This document shows positions 1 to 9,146 of a DNA stretch of 49,018 nucleotides, piece after piece. The first letter of the stretch is position 1. Each line of letters opens with the position of its first letter. A model generated the notes under the pieces. That model ran no database searches. It was not told where the DNA came from and saw nothing but the letters and a program-made list of their open reading frames with translations. The stretch comes from an uncultured Gammaproteobacteria bacterium (GTDB lineage Bacteria > Patescibacteriota > Microgenomatia > UBA8517): assembly GCA_964599625.1 (NCBI GenBank), contig CAZRGC010000001.1, forward strand, positions 1 to 49,018, in the 5' to 3' direction. The translations under genes were made by a program, and so were the position numbers.

Positions 1-2
1 TG

Positions 3-962
3 GGCAACCGCAAAACTGTTAATATCCCCGGCCTTACCGCCCCCATTCCTTCGCTTACCAAGCGCGACGAAGAGTATTTAAAAATTATCGAAACAGAACC
101 TGTCGATTTTGTTGGGTTGTCGTTTGTCCGTACAAAAAAAGATATGGAGCACTTGCGCGATAAGTTGGAAAAAGCGAAATCCAAAGCGCATATTATTGCC
201 AAAATCGAAACCCGCCTTGCACTTGAGAATATAAAAGAAATAATCAGTGAAGCAGACGCGGTAATGGTTGCCAGAGGCGATTTGGGAATCGAAAATCCGA
301 TTGAAGAAATTGCTTTCTGGCAGAAAAAAATAATACGTCAATGCCGTGATTTGGATACTCCTGTAATTGTTGCAACCCAAATGCTAAAAAGCATGTTAAC
401 ATCGCCGACTCCTTCCAGGGCTGAGTCCACCGACATTGCTAATGCGGTTTTTGACGGAACAGACGCAATCATGCTTTCGGAAGAAACAGCAATGGGTAAT
501 CACCCGGAAAAGGCGGTTAGCGCTATGGCAAGAATTTCGCATTTTAACGAAAAGCATCATGAACTGTATGATAATTTTATGCCCAATCCCACTGGGGCAG
601 TGGAAGCATTCACAGGTACTGCAGCTCACCTTATAGAAAAGGGAAGTATATTCAATTTGGACAAGGTTGTGGTTTTTACGGAAACGGGATTTACCGCCCG
701 TGCACTCTCCGCATATAGACCCAAGTATCCCGTGATCGCAGTTACAGACAGATTGGAAACAGCAAACCAGTTGTCGCTTGTTTATGGGATTATCCCTGTT
801 CTTACTAAACTTCCAAGCGGAATAATAAGTGTCAAAAATATTCCTACACAAAAGTTGATTGACAGTAAGGTTATAAAACCGGGGGAGACAATTCTTGTGA
901 TCCACGGTAAAAAATGGAAAGAACCAGGAGAGACTAGTATTCTGGCGTTTGTGAAAGTGTAA
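3..962 (+). CDS. pyk: pyruvate kinase, 5'-truncated at window edge
   Basis: Frame 3 is open from nt 3 (GNRKTVNIPGLTAPIPSLTKRDEEYL..VDFVGLSFVR). The translation has the MVARGDLGIE and ATQMLKSM..PSRAESTDIANAVFDGTDAIMLSEETA pyruvate kinase core motifs. The listed ORF 117..962 is the in-frame tail. Confidence 0.85.
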   Translation, partial: GNRKTVNIPGLTAPIPSLTKRDEEYLKIIETEPVDFVGLSFVRTKKDMEHLRDKLEKAKSKAHIIAKIETRLALENIKEIISEADAVMVARGDLGIENPIEEIAFWQKKIIRQCRDLDTPVIVATQMLKSMLTSPTPSRAESTDIANAVFDGTDAIMLSEETAMGNHPEKAVSAMARISHFNEKHHELYDNFMPNPTGAVEAFTGTAAHLIEKGSIFNLDKVVVFTETGFTARALSAYRPKYPVIAVTDRLETANQLSLVYGIIPVLTKLPSGIISVKNIPTQKLIDSKVIKPGETILVIHGKKWKEPGETSILAFVKV

Positions 963-1637
963 CTATTTTGTGACGAACTGAGTCTTCGGTCTTATCTGAA
1001 ACACACTGTCTGACTCAAAAAGTGTTTTCATTTCTTCTAAACCTGTAACAATTAATGGCCCAATGTTTCCGTGCTTTGACAAAAATAGTCCGTCATCCAG
1101 ATAAATTGCAAAATGGTCAAAGTTTTTTGGGTTCGTGTCACTACTTTTTTTCATTAATATTGTGTCGCCGGGTTTTAGAATACTGTAATAATTTATATAT
1201 TCCCACTTTTCGGGGTCGTAGTTGGCGTGCTCGTATTCAACGCCGTTAAGCTCGTGCGCAAAGTCAGCACAATCGTATTTTTCTGTTATATCCACTTTTC
1301 TAGCCAGATAGTCTCTAAGTCGGTCGAGCATTGGTTTTGGAAGGTTTATTCGTTCGCTTCTTCCGTTTTCAATCAGACTTAGATCAATTTCTCCAATGTT
1401 TCTGAGGTTTTGTAAGTTTCCTATATGCCAAGCTTGATTAACATATCTTTTTGAAATAACCAAAGGCTTTGTTTCTACAACAACACCTGTCGGTTTGTGT
1501 TTTGCGGTGCCCTTTTGATCTTTGATTATAAATATATGAGTTGTTTTTTTGTCCTCCTCGGTTCTCCAAATAAGGCCATCCTTCCCTTTATCCATTTGTT
1601 GTATTGTAAAAACAATACCAACAAATTTCCACCCCAC
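963..1637 (-). CDS. hypothetical protein with NlpC/P60-like (papain-fold) Cys/His motifs
   Basis: YDCADFAHEL resembles the DCSGF catalytic-Cys motif, and PGDTILMKK..FDHFAIYLDDGLFLSKHG resembles PGDLVFF..HVGIYxGxGxxxHA. The start is a GTG at 1637. An alternative ATG at 1595 is preceded by TACAAT plus 7 nt. Confidence 0.4.
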   Translation of the reverse strand: MGWKFVGIVFTIQQMDKGKDGLIWRTEEDKKTTHIFIIKDQKGTAKHKPTGVVVETKPLVISKRYVNQAWHIGNLQNLRNIGEIDLSLIENGRSERINLPKPMLDRLRDYLARKVDITEKYDCADFAHELNGVEYEHANYDPEKWEYINYYSILKPGDTILMKKSSDTNPKNFDHFAIYLDDGLFLSKHGNIGPLIVTGLEEMKTLFESDSVFQIRPKTQFVTK

Positions 1638-1675
1638 ATGTACAATTGATCACTGGGAATGTATTATGTTTCAAA

Positions 1676-2494
1676 ATGGAACCAAAGCCACGGCCCGAAG
1701 CAATCCTCAAAGAAAATCTGCATTCAATACTTTTCGATATTGCCGAGTCTAGGGAGAGAAAAGGAACTTCTGAAACTTTGATTCCCTGGATTCGTGAGGT
1801 TAGGAAAGAAGCCGAAAGATTGGGGGAAAAGAGTATAGTATTACAACTTCATCAGGAAGAATTTTTATCGGCACAGCACATGTTGATGGAAGAAAAATCC
1901 AAAGGTTTGATATTAAATCCATTTAGGGCCCTTAAGGGAATGTATTTAATGGAAACTTCATCACGTGCCATGGACAAATATTCCAAAGAAAATGCTGGAG
2001 ATTTGGAAAGTACTGTTTCTGCTAGGGTTCTCAGATTCTTGGGACGATATGAGGACTACAAAGGCAGATACAAGAAGTCCGAAGAATATTACAGAAAAGG
2101 ACTCGCAGTTTTTGACGCGTTGCAAAAACCAGAAGAAAGATTCAACAAACTTGAATTTGCCGGCTTTTTGTCTTTTAGCCTTCTTAAACAGGGAAAAAAC
2201 ATGGAAGGGTTGGAACTTATGAAACAAACACTTAATGATTTCGACAGTTCCCCCGAAGGAGTATGGCTTAAAACTAATGATTACTATACTTGGGCAGTTT
2301 GGAAAAGCGGAATAGAGATACGCTCGGCAGAACATATGGCCAGCGAGGGAAGCGAAGAATATTTATCAACCGCGACCGTTTTGGTTATGGATGCACAAAA
2401 GATATTGGTTATGCCAGATGGGGATACTGAAAAATTCCGCCTTAGGCTTGATGAAGTAACGACTGTTAAAAAACTTCTAAAAATAAACGGTTAG
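1676..2494 (+). CDS. hypothetical protein, helical/TPR-like
   Basis: Long ORF. The ATG at 1676 is preceded by TGTATTAT (1660-1667) plus 8 nt. YYRKGLAVFDALQK..LEFAGFLSFSLLKQGK looks like a TPR-type repeat. Confidence 0.5.
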   Translation: MEPKPRPEAILKENLHSILFDIAESRERKGTSETLIPWIREVRKEAERLGEKSIVLQLHQEEFLSAQHMLMEEKSKGLILNPFRALKGMYLMETSSRAMDKYSKENAGDLESTVSARVLRFLGRYEDYKGRYKKSEEYYRKGLAVFDALQKPEERFNKLEFAGFLSFSLLKQGKNMEGLELMKQTLNDFDSSPEGVWLKTNDYYTWAVWKSGIEIRSAEHMASEGSEEYLSTATVLVMDAQKILVMPDGDTEKFRLRLDEVTTVKKLLKING

Positions 2495-2512
2495 CAAACA
2501 TATTTGAAGGAA

Positions 2513-3376
2513 CTAATATTGTATTAGTCGCGAGTGTCTTCCAACGGCGTAACCGTCTACCTCGGGAAAAATTGAATAGTCTGGGTCGTTGTGTTTTGCA
2601 CTTCCGGCATATATATCAGGTAATCTATCGGGTATCTTGTGGAAACCATATATGGGAAAGGTTCCAAAAAAACTTTGCGGACTGTCATCTCCTTTTACTT
2701 TATAAACACATTTTCCATTAATTCCTGCTTTGTCAAAAATATATTTTCCCCTGTCGGATACAACCAAAAAATACGGGAAAAACTGGGATTTGTTCTTCGC
2801 TAGATTTATGGTGCTACTGCCGAATTGTTCTCCTGTCAAAATCCAGTCGTCAAGGTACAGCCATGTTTTTGCATCTTCGGCTTTCCCTTTTTTGTAACCA
2901 TTTTGGTCAAGAATTTCAAGCATTCCTTGGCGGCCCCTTTCGCGGAAGGTTCCAAAATTTGACAATTTATCCTTAACCATACCGTAGAAAAAGCGGACAC
3001 TTCCACCCTCCAAAATAATCAAAGTCTCTAACGGATCAAAATTTTTGTTGATATCATCAGCAATCATCCTCATTCCTTCTCTGGCATTTGCCTCACTTAA
3101 AAAATGCAATTTTTTGTACTCGGCCAAAAGTTCGGAAGCCAATATGTAACCCTCATATTGCTTGGTCCCGTCGATATTAATGCCTGCTTTTTTAAGAGCA
3201 TTTAGTTGGCCTCGCCATTTGTGGAACGATTCACTGGTAATCAGATCATCCGGATCCTGCCAAGCCAACGGCACGTCAGGAGCTTTTTGCCAGTGTTCGC
3301 GTATGTCTACGACACCCGATGCTTTTGTGTACTCTCCCCGTTCCATTCCGGTATAGACTCCATTTTTTTCACTCAT
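2513..3376 (-). CDS. hypothetical protein with phosphoribosyltransferase-like (type I PRTase) motifs
   Basis: ILEGGSVRFF lies about 50 aa upstream of WLYLDDWILTGEQ, which fits the PRPP-loop pattern of four hydrophobic residues-DD-x3-TG. On the minus strand a TATAAT (3384-3389) sits 7 nt upstream of the ATG. Confidence 0.45.
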   Translation of the reverse strand: MSEKNGVYTGMERGEYTKASGVVDIREHWQKAPDVPLAWQDPDDLITSESFHKWRGQLNALKKAGINIDGTKQYEGYILASELLAEYKKLHFLSEANAREGMRMIADDINKNFDPLETLIILEGGSVRFFYGMVKDKLSNFGTFRERGRQGMLEILDQNGYKKGKAEDAKTWLYLDDWILTGEQFGSSTINLAKNKSQFFPYFLVVSDRGKYIFDKAGINGKCVYKVKGDDSPQSFFGTFPIYGFHKIPDRLPDIYAGSAKHNDPDYSIFPEVDGYAVGRHSRLIQY

Positions 3377-3420
3377 TAATTACATTATAAAGTTAATTGA
3401 CAAAACACAGACAGCCCAAG

Positions 3421-4140
3421 CTATGTGTCGGAGTTGAGTTTTTTAATTTCCTTTGGAGAGTTGGCAAGAATAATTGCTCTGAAAAGATTTTCTTCTATGC
3501 CCACGATTTTTGCCCTGTGGGAAAACCCGTCGGGAATTCCACTTTTTAGATCACGAGTAACTTCAAATGATTGCGAAACCCCCGAATCTTTAATGTCGCA
3601 GATTATGCCGCCGGAGTGGGGAACGTAGCACAAAAGGATTTCTCTGTCATTTTTCTTTCCTGTGATTTTGTCTGTGATGTCTACAATCTTTGTTTCAAAA
3701 AGGTCTGAACCTGTTTGGGCGTCGTAAAACATACTCTTTCTGCCTTCCAAGTCGCTTCTTGTTTTGCCCAAAAATATTTCTTCGGCAAGAGCCTTTAGTT
3801 TCTCTTTGATAGCCGGGGCGTCTGATTCTTGGCTTGGTCTGAGTATTTCGAAATATGCTTGTCCGCATTTTTTGCAAAGTGGGGAGTCGCAGGCCGCCAT
3901 GTGTATTCCTATTTCTGCGTCTTTAATATCCATGGGGCCGTTTTGAACATACATCCGATTTGCCATCTCAAAAAACCCTTGAATATGTTCCAGACAGTTT
4001 ATGTCTGTTCTTACCTCGCCTTCTTTGATCTTTGTCTCCACATAGGCCGCAGCCCCAAAAAATTCAAATGGGGATTTGCCTGTCTCCAAAAAACCTCTGT
4101 AGATGTCATCAGGTTCGGGAACCTGCCATTCTGGGCTCAT
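3421..4140 (-). CDS. hypothetical protein
   Basis: ORF 3421..4191. I prefer the internal ATG at 4140 (MSPEWQ..), which is preceded by TATACT (4150-4155) plus 9 nt. Contains HMAACDSPLCKKCG, a possible metal site. Confidence 0.45.
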   Translation of the reverse strand: MSPEWQVPEPDDIYRGFLETGKSPFEFFGAAAYVETKIKEGEVRTDINCLEHIQGFFEMANRMYVQNGPMDIKDAEIGIHMAACDSPLCKKCGQAYFEILRPSQESDAPAIKEKLKALAEEIFLGKTRSDLEGRKSMFYDAQTGSDLFETKIVDITDKITGKKNDREILLCYVPHSGGIICDIKDSGVSQSFEVTRDLKSGIPDGFSHRAKIVGIEENLFRAIILANSPKEIKKLNSDT

Positions 4141-4222
4141 AATGCCGCGAGTATATCCCGTAGTAATTAAAAATGCAATTTTTGACACCAAAGAGGCTTT
4201 TCTAAGCTTGTATAATCAGGAC

Positions 4223-4756
4223 ATGCAATATGTAGCTCTTCTAAGAGGAATCAATGTGGGGGGAAATTCAAAAATAGAAATGGGGAGACTGAAAACTATG
4301 TTTCTTAATTTGGGATTCACGGATGTTTCGACATACATCAACTCCGGCAACGTGATTTTTGAAACCGAACTTCCGCACCTGAACCTTGCAAAAATAATAG
4401 AAAAAGACATCAAAAAGGAATTTGGCATTCCTGTTAAATGTTTGGTTGTTAAGGGTGATTTAGTCAAAGACGTTGCCTCCCGAGTGCCCCCTTCTTGGCA
4501 GAATGATTCCAAAACACAAAAGACTGACGTGCTTTTCCTATGGAGCGAATACGACAATGAGGAATCTGTAAACCTTCTTAATCCAACTCAATTCGATAAC
4601 CTCAAATATTTTCCGGGAGTAATAGTTTGGAATTTGGATACAAAAAACTATGGAAAAAGTGCTATGAACAAATTTATAGGCACCCAACTATACAAGAACA
4701 TGACTGCCAGAAACATCAACACAGTCAGAAAACTTGCATATTTGTTGTCAAAATGA
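4223..4756 (+). CDS. DUF1697 family protein
   Basis: MQYVALLRGINVGGNSKIEM..LGF..VSTYINSGNVIFE is the characteristic DUF1697 N-terminus. The upstream 40 codons of ORF 4103.. overlap the divergent gene. TTGTATAAT (4208-4216) lies 6 nt upstream of the ATG. Confidence 0.8.
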   Translation: MQYVALLRGINVGGNSKIEMGRLKTMFLNLGFTDVSTYINSGNVIFETELPHLNLAKIIEKDIKKEFGIPVKCLVVKGDLVKDVASRVPPSWQNDSKTQKTDVLFLWSEYDNEESVNLLNPTQFDNLKYFPGVIVWNLDTKNYGKSAMNKFIGTQLYKNMTARNINTVRKLAYLLSK

Positions 4757-4761
4757 AGAAG

Positions 4762-5730
4762 TTAAAATCTCTCGCTTTCTGCAACTTTTGACATTCTTCT
4801 ATTGAGTATTAACCAGGTGACCCACCCTAAAACCAACATTACTAGCGAAAAAACAAAATATCCCAACTGCCAACTAATGTGGTAGTGATCAACTATCAAT
4901 GTCAGTTCCGACATTCCGCCCATACTTGCCAAAAGGTTAAGTGGCAAAAACACGACGTTAATAATTGTTAAATTTTTCAAAAGAACGTTCATGTTGTTGT
5001 TGATAATATTTCCTCGCGCATCCATGAGTCCCGACAACACTGTGCTATAGATATTTGCCTGTCTTGCAATCTGTGCATACTCCTGAATTATGTCTTCCAA
5101 AAGATCAATTTGTGTTTCGTTAAAAGTAAGACCCAGTGAAGTAGGTTTGGTGTGTTTGGTCAAAAGTTTGGAAAGAACCGCGCCATTTGATTCGATTGAT
5201 TCAATGTAATAAACCAAGCTCTCACTCATTTCAAACATCTGCAAAAAGTATTTGTTTTCCATTGAGACACTGAGCTTTTTTTCTAATTTGGCCTTGGCAA
5301 TTTTAATTGCTTTTAAATGTGCCGAAAATTGTTTGGCGGAATAAAAAAAGTATCTCAAAAGTACGCCATATACTGATTGGATTCCTTCGAATATTTTGTT
5401 ATCAAACGGAGACTCTTCACTGGCGGTAATCAATATAAGTGAATCTTTTTGTATAAAAAATCCAACCGGGCTAACATCAAACTTTGCATGAATGTCGAAT
5501 ACACCCGTATGGGGCATCGACCAAATCACCGTTGTATATCCCGGTTCAAACTCAACTCTGGAAACTTCGTCAGGATCTAGTGCCGCATCAAAGTCAAAAC
5601 TGTCAACCTCCAGTTGTTTTATGATCTCTGCTTTTTCTTGTTCGGTGGGCGAAGTGATAACGGTAATGCTTGCAGAATCTTTGCTGCTTTTGACGATTTT
5701 CCCTTCTTTAATTTTGTAAAAATATTGCAT
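4762..5730 (-). CDS. CorA-like divalent metal ion transporter (GMS variant of the GMN motif)
   Basis: Soluble N-terminal domain plus two C-terminal TM helices. VFLPLNLLASMGGMSE aligns to the CorA pattern IFxPLTFIAGIYGMNF. Confidence 0.7.
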   Translation of the reverse strand: MQYFYKIKEGKIVKSSKDSASITVITSPTEQEKAEIIKQLEVDSFDFDAALDPDEVSRVEFEPGYTTVIWSMPHTGVFDIHAKFDVSPVGFFIQKDSLILITASEESPFDNKIFEGIQSVYGVLLRYFFYSAKQFSAHLKAIKIAKAKLEKKLSVSMENKYFLQMFEMSESLVYYIESIESNGAVLSKLLTKHTKPTSLGLTFNETQIDLLEDIIQEYAQIARQANIYSTVLSGLMDARGNIINNNMNVLLKNLTIINVVFLPLNLLASMGGMSELTLIVDHYHISWQLGYFVFSLVMLVLGWVTWLILNRRMSKVAESERF

Positions 5731-5782
5731 TTTGTTTGTTCAAGATATATTACCAATTAAAAATCCCGATTGGAAGCTGTTT

Positions 5783-5811
5783 TTGCTTCGTCTCCCGCTT
5801 GGGTGTAAAAT
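5783..5811 (+). promoter_or_regulatory. candidate promoter TTGCTT-17 nt-TAAAAT, 9 nt upstream of ATG 5821
   Basis: Hexamers at 5783-88 and 5806-11. Confidence 0.4.
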
Positions 5812-5820
5812 CCCCGGATC

Positions 5821-6570
5821 ATGTCAAATTTTGAACGTTTTGAACATTCTATGCCCAAGACCGAATATACAGCCGAGATGAAGTTAAATCTTGGTGTCGT
5901 TTTTATGGACCTTTTTTTACACCCTGAAACGGTTCCTGGGCCGGACACAACGGATTCACAAATAATAATTAGGGGGCACCATATCAAACATCCGTTTTTG
6001 TCTCTTCTTTATGAATATCCTGCGATTGCGGATGCCTTGGGCAGAGAACCATTGGATTTTGATAAGCATCCCGAATTCGAAAACTTTGTTATAAACCGTG
6101 CAATCAGTGATGCATATGCGATTGCCAATAGCCCCATGCACTCGGATTACATAAAAGACGTCTTAGGGACAAGTTTGGAAGAACTTAGGGAAAGAGTCAA
6201 AAAAACGATAGCAATGTATAAAACAATTCTCACGGGAGAGACTAACCGCAAAGTGCTTTTGTCTGTGGACCGCAACGACATTATTTGTGACGGTTGTGTT
6301 GGTGGAGAACATTGTGCTGTCGGCAGGGCAAAACCGGGAGAAAAAAGAATTTGGATAAATAACACTATCGACGCAATCTTTGTCACCCAACTTACAGACG
6401 AAACGGAAAATCCAAAAATTTTGGAAAAACATGTCAAAAAAACCAAAGACGGAAGCGAAGAATATTACTATGCGGATGTGGAAATAACCTTGGGAGAATT
6501 TCGCGAAGCACTTATAAAATACTACCCCAAAAAGAAACATCTTTTTGAGCCATCAAAAGACGAAGATTAA
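5821..6570 (+). CDS. hypothetical protein
   Basis: Long ORF with a candidate promoter at 5783-5811. Contains a CDGCVGGEHC motif. Confidence 0.5.
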   Translation: MSNFERFEHSMPKTEYTAEMKLNLGVVFMDLFLHPETVPGPDTTDSQIIIRGHHIKHPFLSLLYEYPAIADALGREPLDFDKHPEFENFVINRAISDAYAIANSPMHSDYIKDVLGTSLEELRERVKKTIAMYKTILTGETNRKVLLSVDRNDIICDGCVGGEHCAVGRAKPGEKRIWINNTIDAIFVTQLTDETENPKILEKHVKKTKDGSEEYYYADVEITLGEFREALIKYYPKKKHLFEPSKDED

Positions 6571-7685
6571 GAAAACTCTTTTCTTTTAACCCACCAGGCG
6601 GAAATCGCGGCCGTTAAAGGAACTGCCATTATTAGCCCCATACTTCCCGTTAAAGTTCTTACTACTTCCTCCATAATTAACTCATCGTTCAAAATAAACC
6701 ATAGCGGGTATTTATCAAGATTCATGTAAATCATCAAAAAGATCGGAAGGCCGCTTCCCGCGTAGGCCAAAACCAAAGTGTTCACAAGCGAGGAGATGTG
6801 TTCTTTTCCAACATTTAGTGATGACGCAAATAGCTCCGAAAACTTTAGTTTTGGATTGGCTGAGTGAATTTCAAAAACCGTTGCCGTCATGCCCGTTGTT
6901 ATGTCGTCGAGCACACCTAATGCACCGATCAAAATTCCTCCCAAAAGAAGTCCTTTCAGATCAATTCCTGCTGTTGTGCCAAAGCGAAGTGTTACTGCCT
7001 GGTCGTTGCCCATACCGCTCAAAAAAACTATATCCACAAAGTATTTGGACAATATTCCGATTGCCACAAGTGTTATGGATGTTGAGACAACTGCAATTGT
7101 GGTTTTGGCCGAAAACCCGTGGGCCAAATATATTGTAGTTACCATAATCATAAAACTTCCGACAACGCTTACTAAAAGTGGATTTTGGCCATTTAGAATC
7201 TGGGGTACTATATATTGCAGAATTACACCCAGGCTAATAATCATTCCGATTATGGAACCCAGACCTTTCCATCTACTCAAAACAACCACAACTGCAAAGA
7301 AAACAAGAATAATGGGAATTACCGATGTTGAACGATACCTGTCTATTATTTGATAAGACACACCATCTCCGATTTGGGTTTTAATAATTACAATATTGTC
7401 ACCCACCGCAAGCATTTGGTTTCTGGTGATTGCTGTTTCTTTGCCGTAACTTATAACAAAGACTTTGTCTTTGTCGGGTCCGTCTAATATTTTTATTTCC
7501 AAATCCTGGTAGGGCAGTTCCGAATTTTCTGTATAGGTTGTTCCTGTGGTTTTTATTTGGGTTACAACTGCTTTTTGGAATGTTTCTGCGGGAATCAAAA
7601 ACTCCGGCTCGGAAGCGTTAACCTTGCCAACAAAAAAATTAAACACAAAAAAAGTGGTGAAAAAGAACGTAAATAATTTTTTCAT
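6567..7685 (-). CDS. YibE/F family membrane protein
   Basis: Signal/anchor sequence, an extracytoplasmic domain of about 110 aa, then multiple TM helices. GALGVLDDITTGMTATVFEI...NTLVLAYAGSGLP resembles YibE/F conserved blocks. Confidence 0.65.
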   Translation of the reverse strand: MKKLFTFFFTTFFVFNFFVGKVNASEPEFLIPAETFQKAVVTQIKTTGTTYTENSELPYQDLEIKILDGPDKDKVFVISYGKETAITRNQMLAVGDNIVIIKTQIGDGVSYQIIDRYRSTSVIPIILVFFAVVVVLSRWKGLGSIIGMIISLGVILQYIVPQILNGQNPLLVSVVGSFMIMVTTIYLAHGFSAKTTIAVVSTSITLVAIGILSKYFVDIVFLSGMGNDQAVTLRFGTTAGIDLKGLLLGGILIGALGVLDDITTGMTATVFEIHSANPKLKFSELFASSLNVGKEHISSLVNTLVLAYAGSGLPIFLMIYMNLDKYPLWFILNDELIMEEVVRTLTGSMGLIMAVPLTAAISAWWVKRKEFS

Positions 7686-7721
7686 GATTCCAAAGCGGCT
7701 ACACTATTATATAGTAATTAT

Positions 7722-8576
7722 ATGACCTGGCTTACACTGGCGCTTTCTGCTGTTGGACTTTTTACGGTCCTTAATCTTTTGCAAAGAGTCTTGGCAACCG
7801 AGTCCAAAGATCAGCGAGCTATGACAATAATTTTTAATATGGTTGCCGGAGTCATTGCTGTTGCGGTTTTTGTTGCCGGCGGATCTTACAAAAATTTTTC
7901 TTTGCCGGCAGACCCAAATGCCTACATTTTTTTGGGCGTTGCGGTACTATCGTTTGGGCTTTTTGAACGCGGCCGTTTTGTTGCGGCAAAACTTCTGGAT
8001 GCTTCCACCCTGACAACAATTTCTACAGTAAGTGTTTTGGTTGCTTTTGTTGGGGCAGCGCTTTTGTATCAGGAGCCAATGTCACTTCAAAAATTAGCGG
8101 GAGGAATTTTGATCATTTTGGCACTTGTGATCGTTTCTTTGGGGAGCGGGGGAAAACGCAAAATATCGCTCAAAGGTGTTTTGGCGGCGGCTTTGATTTG
8201 GGTATTTTTGGGAATTGGTTGGATGATGGACAAAAGTGGAGCAACTCATTTCAATGCCGATACATATAGTTTTTTGGTTTGGACATTGCCTCTTTTTGTG
8301 GTTGTCTTCCCTGGGATAAAAATAAAAACACTCAAAACAGAAATGAAGCTGGCATCCTGGAAAGTGTTTCTTTTGGCGGGAATAAATGTCGCGGGGTATC
8401 TAATGCAGCTTAAAGCTGTTGCAATATCCGATGCAACAAAAGTTATTCCAATAGTTCAACTATCTACATTTGCAACAGTTATTGCAGGGATAATATTTCT
8501 CAAAGAAAAAGAAAATCTTCTGCCAAAAATATTGGGAAGTATCTTGGCGGTTATCGGATCGGTTCTACTTGTTTAA
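7722..8576 (+). CDS. DMT/EamA-type transporter
   Basis: 284-aa polytopic protein with about 10 hydrophobic segments and a two-halves organisation typical of EamA. Confidence 0.6.
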   Translation: MTWLTLALSAVGLFTVLNLLQRVLATESKDQRAMTIIFNMVAGVIAVAVFVAGGSYKNFSLPADPNAYIFLGVAVLSFGLFERGRFVAAKLLDASTLTTISTVSVLVAFVGAALLYQEPMSLQKLAGGILIILALVIVSLGSGGKRKISLKGVLAAALIWVFLGIGWMMDKSGATHFNADTYSFLVWTLPLFVVVFPGIKIKTLKTEMKLASWKVFLLAGINVAGYLMQLKAVAISDATKVIPIVQLSTFATVIAGIIFLKEKENLLPKILGSILAVIGSVLLV

Positions 8577-9146
8577 TTTCAAAATAATTGCAGAAATAAA
8601 CTCCAGCAATTTATTTAGCATACCCAATGAACTGTTGGGTTTTTCTGAGTTTGTCACAACTTCCCTATATTCTTTGCTTATGTCTGGATTGGGATTTTTT
8701 GAATCTCTGGGCAAAACCAAAAAACCGGTAGACTGAACGTCTCCTTTTGAATCTTTAATCTGGAAGTCGATATCAAAATAATTTTCTTTGTTAAATATCC
8801 TCTTAAATTCTATGGTTGATGCGGAATCGGTTAGCATAGAACTTTTAAATATTATTTTGTCTTTTGATTCGTCTCCGTAGGCCGTGTCTGTAACGGTTAC
8901 CGACACAGGTTTGTACGCCATGTCTTGCCTGTTGAGGTTGCCGTTTTGCGGCAAGGAAGTATCCCTAAACGAAACATTGAATTTAACCGTCTCACCAACA
9001 AGCGGGGAGACCGGTATTTGTTTAACATAGACCTTAATTGGCCCGGCCTCTTTCATAAATCCTCCGTGTGCAGAAACAGGAACTGGCCAAAAAATGTATA
9101 AAACCAAAAAAATGAATGTAGAAAAATAAAACTTAAACTTTTGCAT
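8565..9146 (-). CDS. secreted hypothetical protein
   Basis: N-terminal signal peptide (..FWPVPVSA/HGG). Overlaps the upstream adaptor-like gene by 14 nt, so co-transcription is likely. Confidence 0.5.
   Translation of the reverse strand: MQKFKFYFSTFIFLVLYIFWPVPVSAHGGFMKEAGPIKVYVKQIPVSPLVGETVKFNVSFRDTSLPQNGNLNRQDMAYKPVSVTVTDTAYGDESKDKIIFKSSMLTDSASTIEFKRIFNKENYFDIDFQIKDSKGDVQSTGFLVLPRDSKNPNPDISKEYREVVTNSEKPNSSLGMLNKLLEFISAIILKLNK

Noticed and set aside
4103-4222. 40-codon N-terminal extension of the DUF1697 ORF.
   Set aside because: The family signature begins at MQYVALLRGINVGG (4223). The extension overlaps the divergent gene at 3421-4140/4191, and a TATAAT box precedes 4223.
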